Shown in pieces: positions 1-11,200 of a DNA stretch of 64,000 nucleotides. The notes beneath the pieces are model-generated. The model worked only from the letters and a program-made list of their open reading frames with translations. It had not been told where the DNA came from and ran no database searches. Position 1 is the stretch's first letter. Each line of letters begins with the position of its first letter. The position numbers and the translations under genes were made by a program. The stretch comes from Patellaria atrata CBS 101060 (lineage: Eukaryota), in assembly GCA_010093705.1 (NCBI GenBank), contig MU006117.1, forward strand, positions 139,707 through 203,706, given 5' to 3'.

Positions 1-451
1 CGCCTTCTCTCAAATTGATTCTTTCAGCTACTGCATTACCACATATCTCCCAGTTCTCTCTTGCCTTCTTCGCTTTTTCGGGTTCCTTTTCAGTGGCAAT
101 AACCCACCCTTTTTCGCCTGTTAACTTTTCTACTTCTGCAACTGCTAGTGCAAGGTAGATCGTGCTGACGCCATAACTGGTTCCCGCTTCGACGATATAT
201 CGAGAACGGCTGGAGATGACGAGTTGGTAAACGAACTCCGCTTTATCTCGATCTAACGCGATAAACTTGTCTCTCATAAGATCATCTAGAGCTAAAGAAC
301 TAGTAACGGGATCCGTCTTGTATAACTCTTTAACGGCTACTAATTTAGCAGGTGGTATACTCTCCTCTTGCTCCAATGACGATTGGTGTAGCCGATCAAG
401 TAGATCAGCTATATGCTGTGAAGGCCTAACGGGTGATGATGTAGCTGACAT
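1..451 (-). CDS. SAM-dependent O-methyltransferase (class I, COMT/CCoAOMT-like), 5' part only; gene runs off the window
   Basis: Manual translation from ATG at 451 is open to the window edge: MSATSSPVRPSQHIADLLDRLHQSSLEQE...DKFIALDRDKAEFVYQL...IVEAGTSYGVSTIYLALA...VIATEKEPEKAKKARENW. It carries SAM-binding motif I (EAGTSYG). Not in the ORF track because the stop is outside the window. Confidence 0.85.
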   Translation of the reverse strand, partial: MSATSSPVRPSQHIADLLDRLHQSSLEQEESIPPAKLVAVKELYKTDPVTSSLALDDLMRDKFIALDRDKAEFVYQLVISSRSRYIVEAGTSYGVSTIYLALAVAEVEKLTGEKGWVIATEKEPEKAKKARENWEICGNAVAERINLREG

Positions 452-2284
452 TGCAGCTACGGTGAATATAAGTGCTGACTAGATGGCTAGTGGGCACAAA
501 ATATTGATCTTTGGTAATAACGGGAAACGTTACATGCAAAAAGACTTCATGATCGACCTGGATCAGAGAAAGTCAGATATTGTACGAGGTAGCCGATATC
601 GCGATCTTCTGTTCCAGGCCATCACGCCGTGTTCCGCGCGGTTTGGAATGACTGTTGGAATCGTCGCTCTGCAGAAGCGTCTAACTATTTTGTTTCAGCA
701 GTTGGGATCAAATTAATCATCTATTTCGCAGAGACAAAATGACCGGATTTGTTGCGATCTGACGCAATCTCGGCGCAAATCTTTTGTGTGAGGTGACTAT
801 CCTTCGATATTCCCAACGTCATGGGCGGGAAAGGGTCCTTGGGTCCAGGCTTGAGGTTCTTTTGGACCGTTCGTGTTTGACGGGTTTGATCCTGTCGATC
901 TTTCGGTTATGCTTGATGTCCTTAGGAAAGGATGGGCGAGCCGCGCTAAGGCCACGACATCATCTTTGAGCTATAAAACTTCATGGACGAAAAGGTCGGT
1001 CTAAATCGCGGTATACTACAATACTACCTTGTGCTACCTTTGTACTTGGACACAGCTTGCTATAGCCATTCTTGTACTACAAGCTGGTAAAGACTCACGC
1101 ATAGACGTCAACATTGCATCTGAGATGCTACACTCTCATGCCCACGAGTTACATGGTAATCCTCGTCGACGTTCAATAGGATGTTATTGGAGCGAGTTCT
1201 TGAAGAGACATTCGTAACCGCTCTATCTCAATAGTGCTTACTTCCCCTGAATACTCGCAACCTAACCAGTACGTCACAAGCGATTGGGATCTGTGATGAT
1301 TTAGAAGCGATATCTATGGAACTAAGCCAGCTGAATAACGACCGTAGATCAATACAGAAGCGGCGAGAGAGAATCGGTAGGTAACGCGGGCTTAAATCGT
1401 CCTACACAAAAAAAAATTGGACTCATTAACGTAGAAGGTAACAACATCTCTTTTCTCGACAGCAAAGCATTTGTTTCTCACAGTCAAGAATCCCGTAATT
1501 CCGTTCAATATAGTCGTGCTAAGAACCAGAAAACATGAAGTCTTTTTGTCAATATTGCTTTTTCATTTCAGTCATGATTTAATAAGTTGGATTTTAGTCT
1601 GTTGATATTCTGTTAAGAGCCTGGGAGTCCTCATGACGATACTGGATAGGGGACTGACTCCGCACCCCGTAATCATGTGCAACTGTACTCTCGTCAACCG
1701 TCACTATCCAATCCCCATTAAGCAATTATTCAAACTCCTTTATGACTTCGAGTCATAAACAACAGTTCACCTCTCATGACAGCATAGACCACAAGCCTCA
1801 GTTCCTCTCTGATCCTCAACCCTTTTCCAAAAAAACTTCTCTCCCACTCTTCCAAATCTCACAACAAACACCATTTCACATCTCAAAACTCTAGCCTCCA
1901 TACACCAGCCCCCCTTCTCCACCATCCCCATCCCCCCAAATCATGGGCCAAGAAAACAGCCACAACACCTTCCCAAACGAATCCCCCTCTCGCACCTCAA
2001 AGTCTATTAAGGGACAAAGACAGCAGCGAAATCTACTAATGGCGCAACTTCGACTGGACAATGAATGTGAATATCTAGTACTCCTCCTTCCCCTATTAAT
2101 CCTACGTTAACAGCTCCAAGGGGCTCAAGTGCAATTCCTTTCGCGCGGTCAGCAGGAAAGTTTTCACCTCGCTAGACTTCGGAATATGGAGGCGCAGAAG
2201 CGGGATGTTGCTATACGTCTTAATGGCGGATAAGGGTGTGTTACTATGAGGGTGCTAGGTGGGGTTTGGAATTATTTTATTCTT

Positions 2285-2384
2285 NNNNNNNNNNNNNNNN
2301 NNNNNNNNNNNNNNNNNNNNNNNNNNNNNNNNNNNNNNNNNNNNNNNNNNNNNNNNNNNNNNNNNNNNNNNNNNNNNNNNNNNN
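2285..2384. other. Assembly gap (100 N)
   Basis: Run of exactly 100 N; true gap size unknown. Confidence 0.99.
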
Positions 2385-3014
2385 TACCGGGGTTCATTTC
2401 CAACGGAGAAGGGGTCTTGGTTGCTTGATACGATGGGATTCTTAGGTTAATTAGCTCGGTCGGCTGGAGTGTATGTCTTATATATGCTTTCTGATGTCCC
2501 GAGCACTGTGAGGAAACGGCAGTAAAACCACGTGAAGAAGATGTGATAACCCAGAGAGGAGGCTACGGATGACAGGATCAAGAAAAAGGCACGGGTTTGA
2601 GAAACCGGACCGGCCGAGAGAGAAGAGATACGCTCCACATCAAATCAAAACCATAACGTTGAATTCCTAATAATAAAACAGCAACTTAGCTGCTCCAAAA
2701 CTTCCGCTGTGCAAAAAAGGGGGTATCGGTATCCATATCCATATCTTATTTAAACCTCAAAACCCAAATCGATCCAGCAAGAGCGTTTTGGAAGGAAAAA
2801 CGCTCATTCACCTGTATCGTGCTACCTGATCCAACCTAAGCGCGACGCCGAAACTCAATATCCCATGAATTCCCATTTTAGTTCAATTCGCCGACGCTAA
2901 TGTTCCTTCCCTTACCGTACCAAATAAAACCCATATAAACAAACGCGCCAATACCCTGCTTCAAAGACCAAAAAAAATATGGCATAACAATCATAACCCT
3001 CCTCCTCACTCAGC

Positions 3015-5270
3015 TCAGAGGAAACAAGCAACTCTAACCTCACAATCCTCACTCCCACTAACCAACCTCTCATCGCTCAACCCAACGCAAGTCACAGGCC
3101 CCGAGTGTTTCGTATACGTCCTCAAACACTGCCCAGTCCTTGGATCCCACTCTTTAACCATGCCGTCTTCGGCTCCGGAAACAAACCTCAGCGTATCCGC
3201 CGCAAGTGCCCACACGCCCTCCAAATGCCCGAAGAAGCTGCGGATCGGGAGCGCGGACTGGACGTCCCAGAGCCGGATACACGCATCCAGGGAACCGGTG
3301 AGTATGTATCTGGGCGGGGGCTGGCGCGAGGAGTTGGGCGCGAAGAGCTCGTGCGGGGGATGTTCGACGGGGACGGGTGGAGGGGCCATTGGAGCGATTT
3401 GGGAAACGGTGTTTGGGAGGGCCCAGTCGTATGTGCTTGTGGATTGCGCTGCAGACACATCGGAGTGTGTCTCTGCTGCATTATCCACCGTGAGATCCTC
3501 GATGTCATATTCGCGTGGTAGCGGGAGGACCTGTTGCACATGTCCGACATGGCCCTCGTATACGCGGACGGTCTGTTGAGTATTGAGGTCCCATAGTCTC
3601 GCGGTGCGGTCATCCGAGGCAGAGAAGAGCGTGCGAGACGGCGCGTCGACGCGGACGCTGTTGGTCCAATCTGTGTGACCCTTAAGGAGAAAGTTCGTCG
3701 CATTGCCGAAGTCCCAGACGAAGATCGTGCCGTCCATATTGCCAGCGGCGAGGACCTCGCCGTCAAAGTGTAGGCCAACAAATCCTTTACTCGGATGGCC
3801 GCGGTCAACGAGCACGCGGAGGATCTTGCCACTCTTCCAGTCCCACATGATGACTTTGCCGTCCATGCCTCCGGAGAAAAGTTTCGTTTCGTCGAACTGG
3901 AGACACCGTATACCCATTGTGTGCCCTCTCAATGTCTGCAGCTCTTCACCATTCTCGACATTCCATACTTTGATCGTGCTATCGTACGACCCGGTAACGA
4001 GGGTGGTGTCGTCGACTTGAAGACACGTGACTCCGTTACGGTGCCCACGGAAAATTTGGGTCTTGTATCGACCATACTTCCAGTTGATGCCAACTTTGAA
4101 ACGATCCTTGTACACGTCTTTCCAAGGTCTTCGGCTCGGTGGATGGAAGTATTCGTCGTCTTCTTTTAGCGATTGTAGGCAAGTTTTCTTTCCAGACCCT
4201 TCCGGAAAAGATCCACTTGGTGTTGGGGCACGCTTTTTTCCGATTACCAAGCTCTTCTCCGTCGATCCGCTTGAAGATTCGGGTGAAATGAGGTTGTTAG
4301 CAATTGGATCTTCCGGCGCAGGGGTAATGTTTGGTGACCACTCATTGAGCCCTCGACCAGCTGCTCTCATTTGAATCTGCCGCTTATTCTTACGTAGCCG
4401 CTTCCTCTCTAACAAGGGTAAGCCCCAACCGCACTTCGTACACTTCCGATCGATATGTTGCTCGCACATCCTATGCCAAACGACATCATCCTCCGCGAGT
4501 GCCCTCCATCTCTGGCTAACCTGAGCTGCTTTACATAACGAAGTGGTATCGAGAAAGCAAAGTATATTGAAAGCTAATTCGGTCGGTAATGCGGAGAGGA
4601 AATCGATTTTTATGAGGTCCCTTACTTGACCTGAGATGAATGATAACTGGGGAAAGCAGCATTGGGTGAGAATACCCTGGAGAATAAGTTTTCGATGTTT
4701 GGAGGGTGCGGCAGAGAAGAGTGACCAGACGTGAGCGATACCTTGTTGGTCTGATTGAGACAGAGCTCCAAGTTCCTATCACAATGTCAGTCAAGGTTCA
4801 AGAGAGCATCAAGTTGTAGATAGTGAACCTACATTCTGCAATTGCTCCATGGACGGTTCATTGGCTTGTTTCCGACACTTGAGGTCTGGATGATGTCTAT
4901 AGCAATATTTTGTATTTCCCTTCGACATAATGTCTGGGGGATCGGGTCTCCCGCCGAGGGGGTTGTACTGCTGCGGGATATGCCTGGCGAGAAACGGTGC
5001 AACAGTACGTTCGGCTTGTTGATTAGACAACGATATTGCGATATTCTCGTCTTCAACCTCCTCGTCTCCCTCTGCCATATATTTTTTATTTCTGTTCCAA
5101 CTTCCTTCGTGGGTGTGTTCGTGGAGAGCGGCGTGCGCCTCAGCAGCTACATCGGCGGACATTTGAGGCGTAACAGTCTGACGAAGGGAATGTCGTCGTT
5201 TGGATTGGGATCTGCTATTATCCATATCTGAAGGGTCAGATTGCGACCGTAATTGCTCTTTTGACGCCAT
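3015..5270 (-). CDS. sconB: SCF E3 ligase F-box/WD40 subunit, sulfur controller (SconB/SCON-2/Met30 family); exons 5270-4833 and 4775-3015
   Basis: N-terminal [14 protein letters not shown]...[33 protein letters not shown] intron 4832-4776; then [26 protein letters not shown]-box [51 protein letters not shown] and multiple WD40 repeats. The start could instead be the ATG at 5225. Confidence 0.93.
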
Positions 5271-5785
5271 TTTTAAGAATCTTAGACACAAAGTCAAAAG
5301 ACTCCAAGACGATGAAAGATATTGTGGGGATCAAATGGTGGCCCAGATTGCCTACATGAGCTGACGCATACGATAGGTAAGATAAGACGAATAGCGCATA
5401 GAGAGCTCATATGGAGGGCAACTTTTCGATATTCAGGGGAGCGATGGCGTGCGACATGCAATCGGGACACTGCCATATACACTCCTAGTCGTTCCAGTAG
5501 CACTGAACCAGATCGTTGGATAGATGGTCAATAAGTCAAGAGGGTGGCGCAAAGAAACGTTCCCTGAAGAGTATGCCCCTCGCACAGTCACTGAGAATGA
5601 AGGACTTCAAATTGAAAAAACAGTTTCCAAGAAAATAATAGGACTGTTACTAACATTTTTCGACGGAGAATGGTGTTGAGGCTCCGGAGGGTGATTTGAT
5701 ATGGGTCAGCTTCTCGATGTCGTAGCCGGGATGCCGTGAGATTCAGATGAATTGCGTGCGAGGTCTCAAGGGACCGACAATTGAG

Positions 5786-5793
5786 GTCACGTG
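5786..5793. promoter_or_regulatory. GTCACGTG bHLH (Cbf1-type) site about 520 bp upstream of sconB
   Basis: Exact RTCACGTG match. Cbf1 sites are typical of yeast sulfur-regulon promoters; function here is inferred only. Confidence 0.35.
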
Positions 5794-6529
5794 CAACAAA
5801 TATTCCCCTACCGTATCTGACTTTTCATATTCCGCCAAATCACGTTCTCTTCATCCTTTTTCTTCTCCTTTCTTTTTTCTTAAACAATTTTTTTTCTTCT
5901 TGCACCCGACATCGTACTGTTGTACACACTCGCAACAATCTCTGTGATACGCCAAGTGACGTCTTTCGAGATGCCCACGTTCAACTTTTCGTCCCAACTG
6001 ATTAAAGTATCTGAACCCCATCCGGTAATCAATCTTGCAGCTCCCCGTCACTATCTGCATACCTTAGCCCGGTTGCAAAAGCCGTTGCTGAAGCTTCCCC
6101 GTATTCGCGTCAAGCCGGCCTTCCCCCTGAAAAGATAGCGTTGATCTCCTAGGTAGAAAAGACTACTATTTGAAAACTAGTGTTACAAAGTCCAGTGGTA
6201 TAGAATGGAGCTCGATGATGTTATACCAATGGCTCTACACCTTGCAGATTCCTAGTAAACGGTTTCTATATCTCATAAACGACTCTTCGTAAATCTCCCC
6301 TCTTCAAAGGAGAAAGAATAGGCATTGGCCTCATTGATCTTTGTTAGCACGAACAGTCACCATAGCAATCGAGACAATTCATGGAGGGCCATCGAAGTCT
6401 TCTTGTTGAAGCTATCTGAGCTACAGTATAACCCCTAACCTCAAGCTCCCCTGGCCGTTCCGGTGCATCCCCAGAGATCTATGACCCTCGCATGCAGCAT
6501 AAGAGAAGATTATATCGTGCAAGCGCTCA

Positions 6530-7228
6530 TCAGTATGGCACCTTCACAGCAGCAACCGCCTCTATACTCTCCCTTCTAGCATGCGGTCCCGTCCAGCTAT
6601 TCAACAGATTCAAAGGCGCATCTCTTATAAGCACGTGGACGTGGTCAACCCCTCGTACACTCTGCAGACTGACCCAATTCTTGAACCACAGCACCCTATC
6701 CTCAGCGGCGTCTCCTTCCAACTCCCTCAACTTTTCACGAAACTTCTTCGTAACGAACTTGTCGACTAGTTCCCTTGCATCATCCGTCATATCGCCATCT
6801 TCAGGTCGGATCTCTAAGGGAGTCTTGACCCAGACGCAAAGATGAGTGATTCCAGGTTCAAGTCCGTACGGCCAGTCATTCGGTAGGATTTTGTAGTCGT
6901 TTTCATCTGCAAAAGGCTCTCGGTTTTTCACTTCGAACTTAGGCGGTCCATCGGTCGTTTCGGAGGGTATTACTTCCCACTTCAACCGTTCCTTTAAGAC
7001 GAAGTTTGCGACGCTACCATGATGAGCCTTGACGGCTGCGGTCCACTTAATGTAGCGTTTGAGGTCTGACGGATTACGTGTAAGTAGATCAAGCCGATTT
7101 TCAGCAATTAGAGTCTTCAGGTTCTCCCATGTATGGGGCTGAAACTCTTCGTCGGTTTGGCTGAGAATTGCTCTGTCGAGAGCTGTGAGCTTGAAAGGTG
7201 CTGACGATGGTTGATCGGATCTGCTCAT
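6530..7228 (-). CDS. GIG1: GIG1 / DUF3605-like protein (N-acetylglucosamine-induced protein 1 family, HIT-like fold)
   Basis: Intronless 232-aa ORF from ATG 7228 with family motifs HTWENLK..I..NRLD.L.R.PSDL.RY, ILPNDWPYG..PGITHL.VW.K.PL and WFKNWVSLQSVRGVDHVHVL. Confidence 0.8.
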   Translation of the reverse strand: MSRSDQPSSAPFKLTALDRAILSQTDEEFQPHTWENLKTLIAENRLDLLTRNPSDLKRYIKWTAAVKAHHGSVANFVLKERLKWEVIPSETTDGPPKFEVKNREPFADENDYKILPNDWPYGLEPGITHLCVWVKTPLEIRPEDGDMTDDARELVDKFVTKKFREKLRELEGDAAEDRVLWFKNWVSLQSVRGVDHVHVLIRDAPLNLLNSWTGPHARRESIEAVAAVKVPY

Positions 7229-7689
7229 GGTGGGGTTTGGAAGGGGGGGTACGGTAAGTGAGGAATTCCACGTCAAACAACCCAACGTCTCAATTTCTTA
7301 GGACGGATAGATACACCTGAAAAGTCTTTAATAGTAACAGACGTCAATATATATTCTTTGGTCCGTTGTTCAGAGCACTTAGGACGAGGATTGTCAACAT
7401 GAAATAGACGGCCAAGCCAATCATATACCGTTACGGCAAGCATTCCTTAGGTAGCGTTTCCCCTGTCTGGCTGGCCAGTGCTGCTATATACTTCTGAAAT
7501 TACCTTAAAACGTTTTATCGTTTCCTTCAAATGCCTTTTTATAATCCTATTTTTACCTTCAATTTCCCTTCCAATATCTAACGCTAGCAGTCCATAAATT
7601 CACCCTAAAGGGTCGTATCTTCTTTGAACCTACAACCCTCCTCCTCAGTTCCCCCTAATCCCCATCTTCTCTCGCAGAATTCGTCCACT

Positions 7690-8050
7690 TGATCAAGTAT
7701 CAAACTGGTTCCAAACCGATTCAACGATCAAGACGTCCGACGAAAATACCCCTTTATTTCCTAAAACGGACATACTCTGGCTCTTATCCATAGTACCTTT
7801 AGAAACAACGTATCTACCTTACTATTCTTTCTCTTTGGAACTAGGTCCAAACTAGTTCATAACCTATCAGACATCGTAGACGTTCGACGAAATGAATTTA
7901 CTATTCCCTAAATGACAGTTGAACATACTGCTGGGTTAGCTTGTAATGTCATGTCCTCTCTTTTCCTCTCCCTATAGGTAGCCCCATTCTCTCTTGAACT
8001 GGTCACAAATTGGTTACAAATCGTCGATATCCTGTATATGCTTGACGGAG
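7690..8050 (+). repeat. Degenerate tandem repeat, about 150-nt unit x3
   Basis: CAAACTGGTTC (7701), CAAACTAGTTC (7848), CAAATTGGTTA (8006); AGACGTCCGACGAAA (7731) vs AGACGTTCGACGAAA (7878); shared downstream TT(T/C)CCTAAA..ACATACT. Confidence 0.6.
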
Positions 8051-8263
8051 GGATATCACCTATGAGACAATTGTCTACCGTTTCACATCGCTCGACAAGA
8101 GGTTAGTATCGGAGTTAGTGGTAGAACAATTACTACAAAGCGAAGTCTTTTTCATACTAGAGACTCTCAAGCATAAGGTACTATACACATAAACGGGACG
8201 TAACAGCAAATCCCAAGCCCAACCCACGCATAACCCCGACCTCTATTTTCAACTGTCGTCCCC

Positions 8264-11200
8264 TTACGCCGCACCAGTAGCAATACCATTTTCTGCCCTC
8301 GTTCCAGTTCCGATGGGAGGAGCTCTCTTCTCACCGAAATTATGCAACCGTTCCCCGATCAGATAAACCTCATCCCTAACCACGCTCCTCCACTTCCTCG
8401 TAGCCCTGACCGCCTTCGCGCCCATCCAAGCCGTTCCCACCAGCGCCAACGCAACCGGGTACGACGCCTTGACGATATCTTTCAGCGCTGTGGTCTTTCC
8501 TAACCACGTCTGTATGCCCACTCCGTGCCAGAAGAGCGCCATAACAGACGGTACACCCACGGCGACCGCGAAGAGCAAACACACGGGCAGGACGAAGAAC
8601 CGTGTGGCGAGCCGCGCATTGGGGTGAAGGTAGCCGTCGCGGATGACGGCCTGTAGCGCACGAGCTGGCCGCGAAGTGCGGTCCCAGAAGAGGACACGCA
8701 TGCCGATGCGAACGTAGATGATGCCGAGTGTCCAGTCCTGGATGAGATGAACCGTATGGGTGTCCGCAGGACCTAAGAAGGTGTGTAGAGGTATGAGGAA
8801 GTAAAGCTCAAGTAGGGCGGCGAGGAAAAGGGGCAAAATGAGCGCGAGGAAGGAGTAGACGTACACGATGCGGAGGCCTAGAATTGTGAATTTGGCTGTC
8901 GCCGTCAGGGCGCGATGGAGAGTTGCGCTGATGGTGCGCGGCGGCGCGGCGCGGACAATGTGAAGGAAGGTGGGGACGCGGCGGATAAGGTAGGCGAAGC
9001 CACCGAGGATGTAGAGACCGAGGGAGAGGGCGTAGATGTCGTTGGGATGGGAGTGGTTTGGCCAGATGATGGAGAAAATGGCGCGACCCAATAGGAGAGG
9101 AAGAACGGTTACGCCTAGACCCATGGCCGCTGCGAAGAGCCAAATGGCGAAAACGAAAAGGGAGAGTCGTGCACGGAACCAAGGGGGGATGTAGATGACA
9201 GAGATTGCTTTCGTGAGATCTCCACCGCTCCTGGTACGGCTCGTATCAATCGGGTTTGAAAGATGCTCTTCGAAGGTCTCGCCATTCTCAATCTCTTTGA
9301 AGACCTTCTCTCCCTTCGTTAGACGGACTTGATCTGAACCCGGCGCTTTCACTAATTTGCCGTCGTATTCGAAATATACCGATCGACCGGTTGCTATGAC
9401 CCTTTCCTTATCCTCAGCAGAGGTCACGGGATTGTCAATATCGCCCTTCTCTCTGTAGAACCAAGCAGTCCATGTTCTCCTAACGTGATGTCCATACTCT
9501 TCCTTTCGCCTTTCTCCAAACATGAAGTCAGATAGCCTTAACCATTTCGCACAAAACCAGAACCACATCTCATACCAGGATTGAAGTATGTCTGACGGTC
9601 GAGAAACCTTTATGAGCCAAGGGGTTAGGAAATTGTAGAAAAGAAGATCCAGTGGGAATTCCAAGGCTGGATCTGTGGATTTGAGACGGATCGGGAATAT
9701 ATTGGTGGCAAAATATAGGCCCCATACAACACCACCCAAGCAGACTACGACAAGAGTGCCGTAGACCACGCCACTGAAGGCAATCTTACGCAGTTGCGAA
9801 GTGATATTTCGTTCAAGGACGTCGCGAACTGGATGAAAACTTGGGTCGTCGGGATCTCTAATGAAATAGAGAACACCAGGTCGCATGATCTTCCGACACA
9901 TGGCAACGAACAGAGCAAAGTGAAACATATAGCATGTCCCAAGGAACCAATGCACGAAGACTGCGAGCCATGGACGATCAATGATGAAGATAACCCTGGA
10001 TGCGAAAGAAAAATCCTCGAACAGGGGCAGCAATGCGAGATCCAAAAGTAGGCCGCAATACAGTGGAAATACGATCATTTCGATACTAATGATGAAGATG
10101 ACCTTGAACACTCCTCCTGCTTGCTGAAGGAAGTCAGATACTGTGGCTTCGAGAGCACGTCCTTGGCCAGTTGATGTGAAAGGAGCGCCCCTTCTGAGAT
10201 ATAAAGCCCCAACAAGAGCAATAAACGCGTAGCCTGCTATGATAACAACGAAGCGATCTTTTGCTGTCCATTCATTGGCCGAGACCTCAACTGAACGAGA
10301 AGCAGGACTCAGATCTAGAGTGAAGTTGAAAGCATTTTGCCTCGATAAATGGTTGATAAAGGTATAGCCTCGCTCGATGATGTATGCTATGGTAGTGCCG
10401 ACTGCTTGAGGAATTTGAGGTAGTATTTCTTGGAATATGCGATCAAAAGTAAGCATGGTTATTCTTTCGTATGTCCAGGATAGGATATTAACCACAAACG
10501 CCATTATTTCAGATACTCTGTCTTGCAATGCACGAAGGGCAGCGTGTGAATTTAGAGCTTCGTCAAGACTAGTCCAGTCGTAGCCAGTCCCGGTATTAAT
10601 AACGAAGCCGGACATACGGCGCAAGGCATTTTCGGCCATGGTTCTTGAAGGTCCGGAGATGGAAGCAATGGCGCGTTCAAAGACCACTGGAGATAGCCAA
10701 CCGAAAGGCTTTAATATAAATTGGAGCAGTGTAAGAGGCCAGTACACAAGTGATCCGCTAAAGAATATGATGATGTCTACAATGAGATCTACGCTGTTGG
10801 ACAAGATATGAAGCGGGACCAGAATATAGTTCGAAGGTGGTGTCCCTAATAGGAGAATGACCATCTTGCCTGTTAGATAGGGTAGCCAAACAGCACACCC
10901 AACCGTCGCAGAGATCAGGATGACGCTGAAAACAGCATTTTGAAATAAGCCTACTAAGGGACCTTGCATGCCTATGAGTTCTAAAACACCCTCCAGGTCT
11001 TCGGCTTCATCCACCGCTTCTTGATCATTCAAATCGATCCCCGCTTGTGCAGCAGCCGCAACGACCTCCGGGTCCTGAGCAAGTGCTTCTACCGCGTCTA
11101 GTACTTGCGCCTGCTCTAGTTGTGCTTGATGAACCGGCACAAATGGTGCTTCTTCGGCTATATTTTGGACGATGTGCTCATCGTTTTCGCCTTCAACATT

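Noticed and set aside
1943..2284. Possible small spliced gene starting MGQENSH before the gap
   Set aside because: Short, no recognisable motif, splice frame not convincing, and interrupted by the N gap.
3105..4374. Antisense and alternate-frame ORFs over sconB (and similarly over DOA10, mccB, GYP2, ROM2)
   Set aside because: Shadow ORFs of real genes, favoured by local GC richness.
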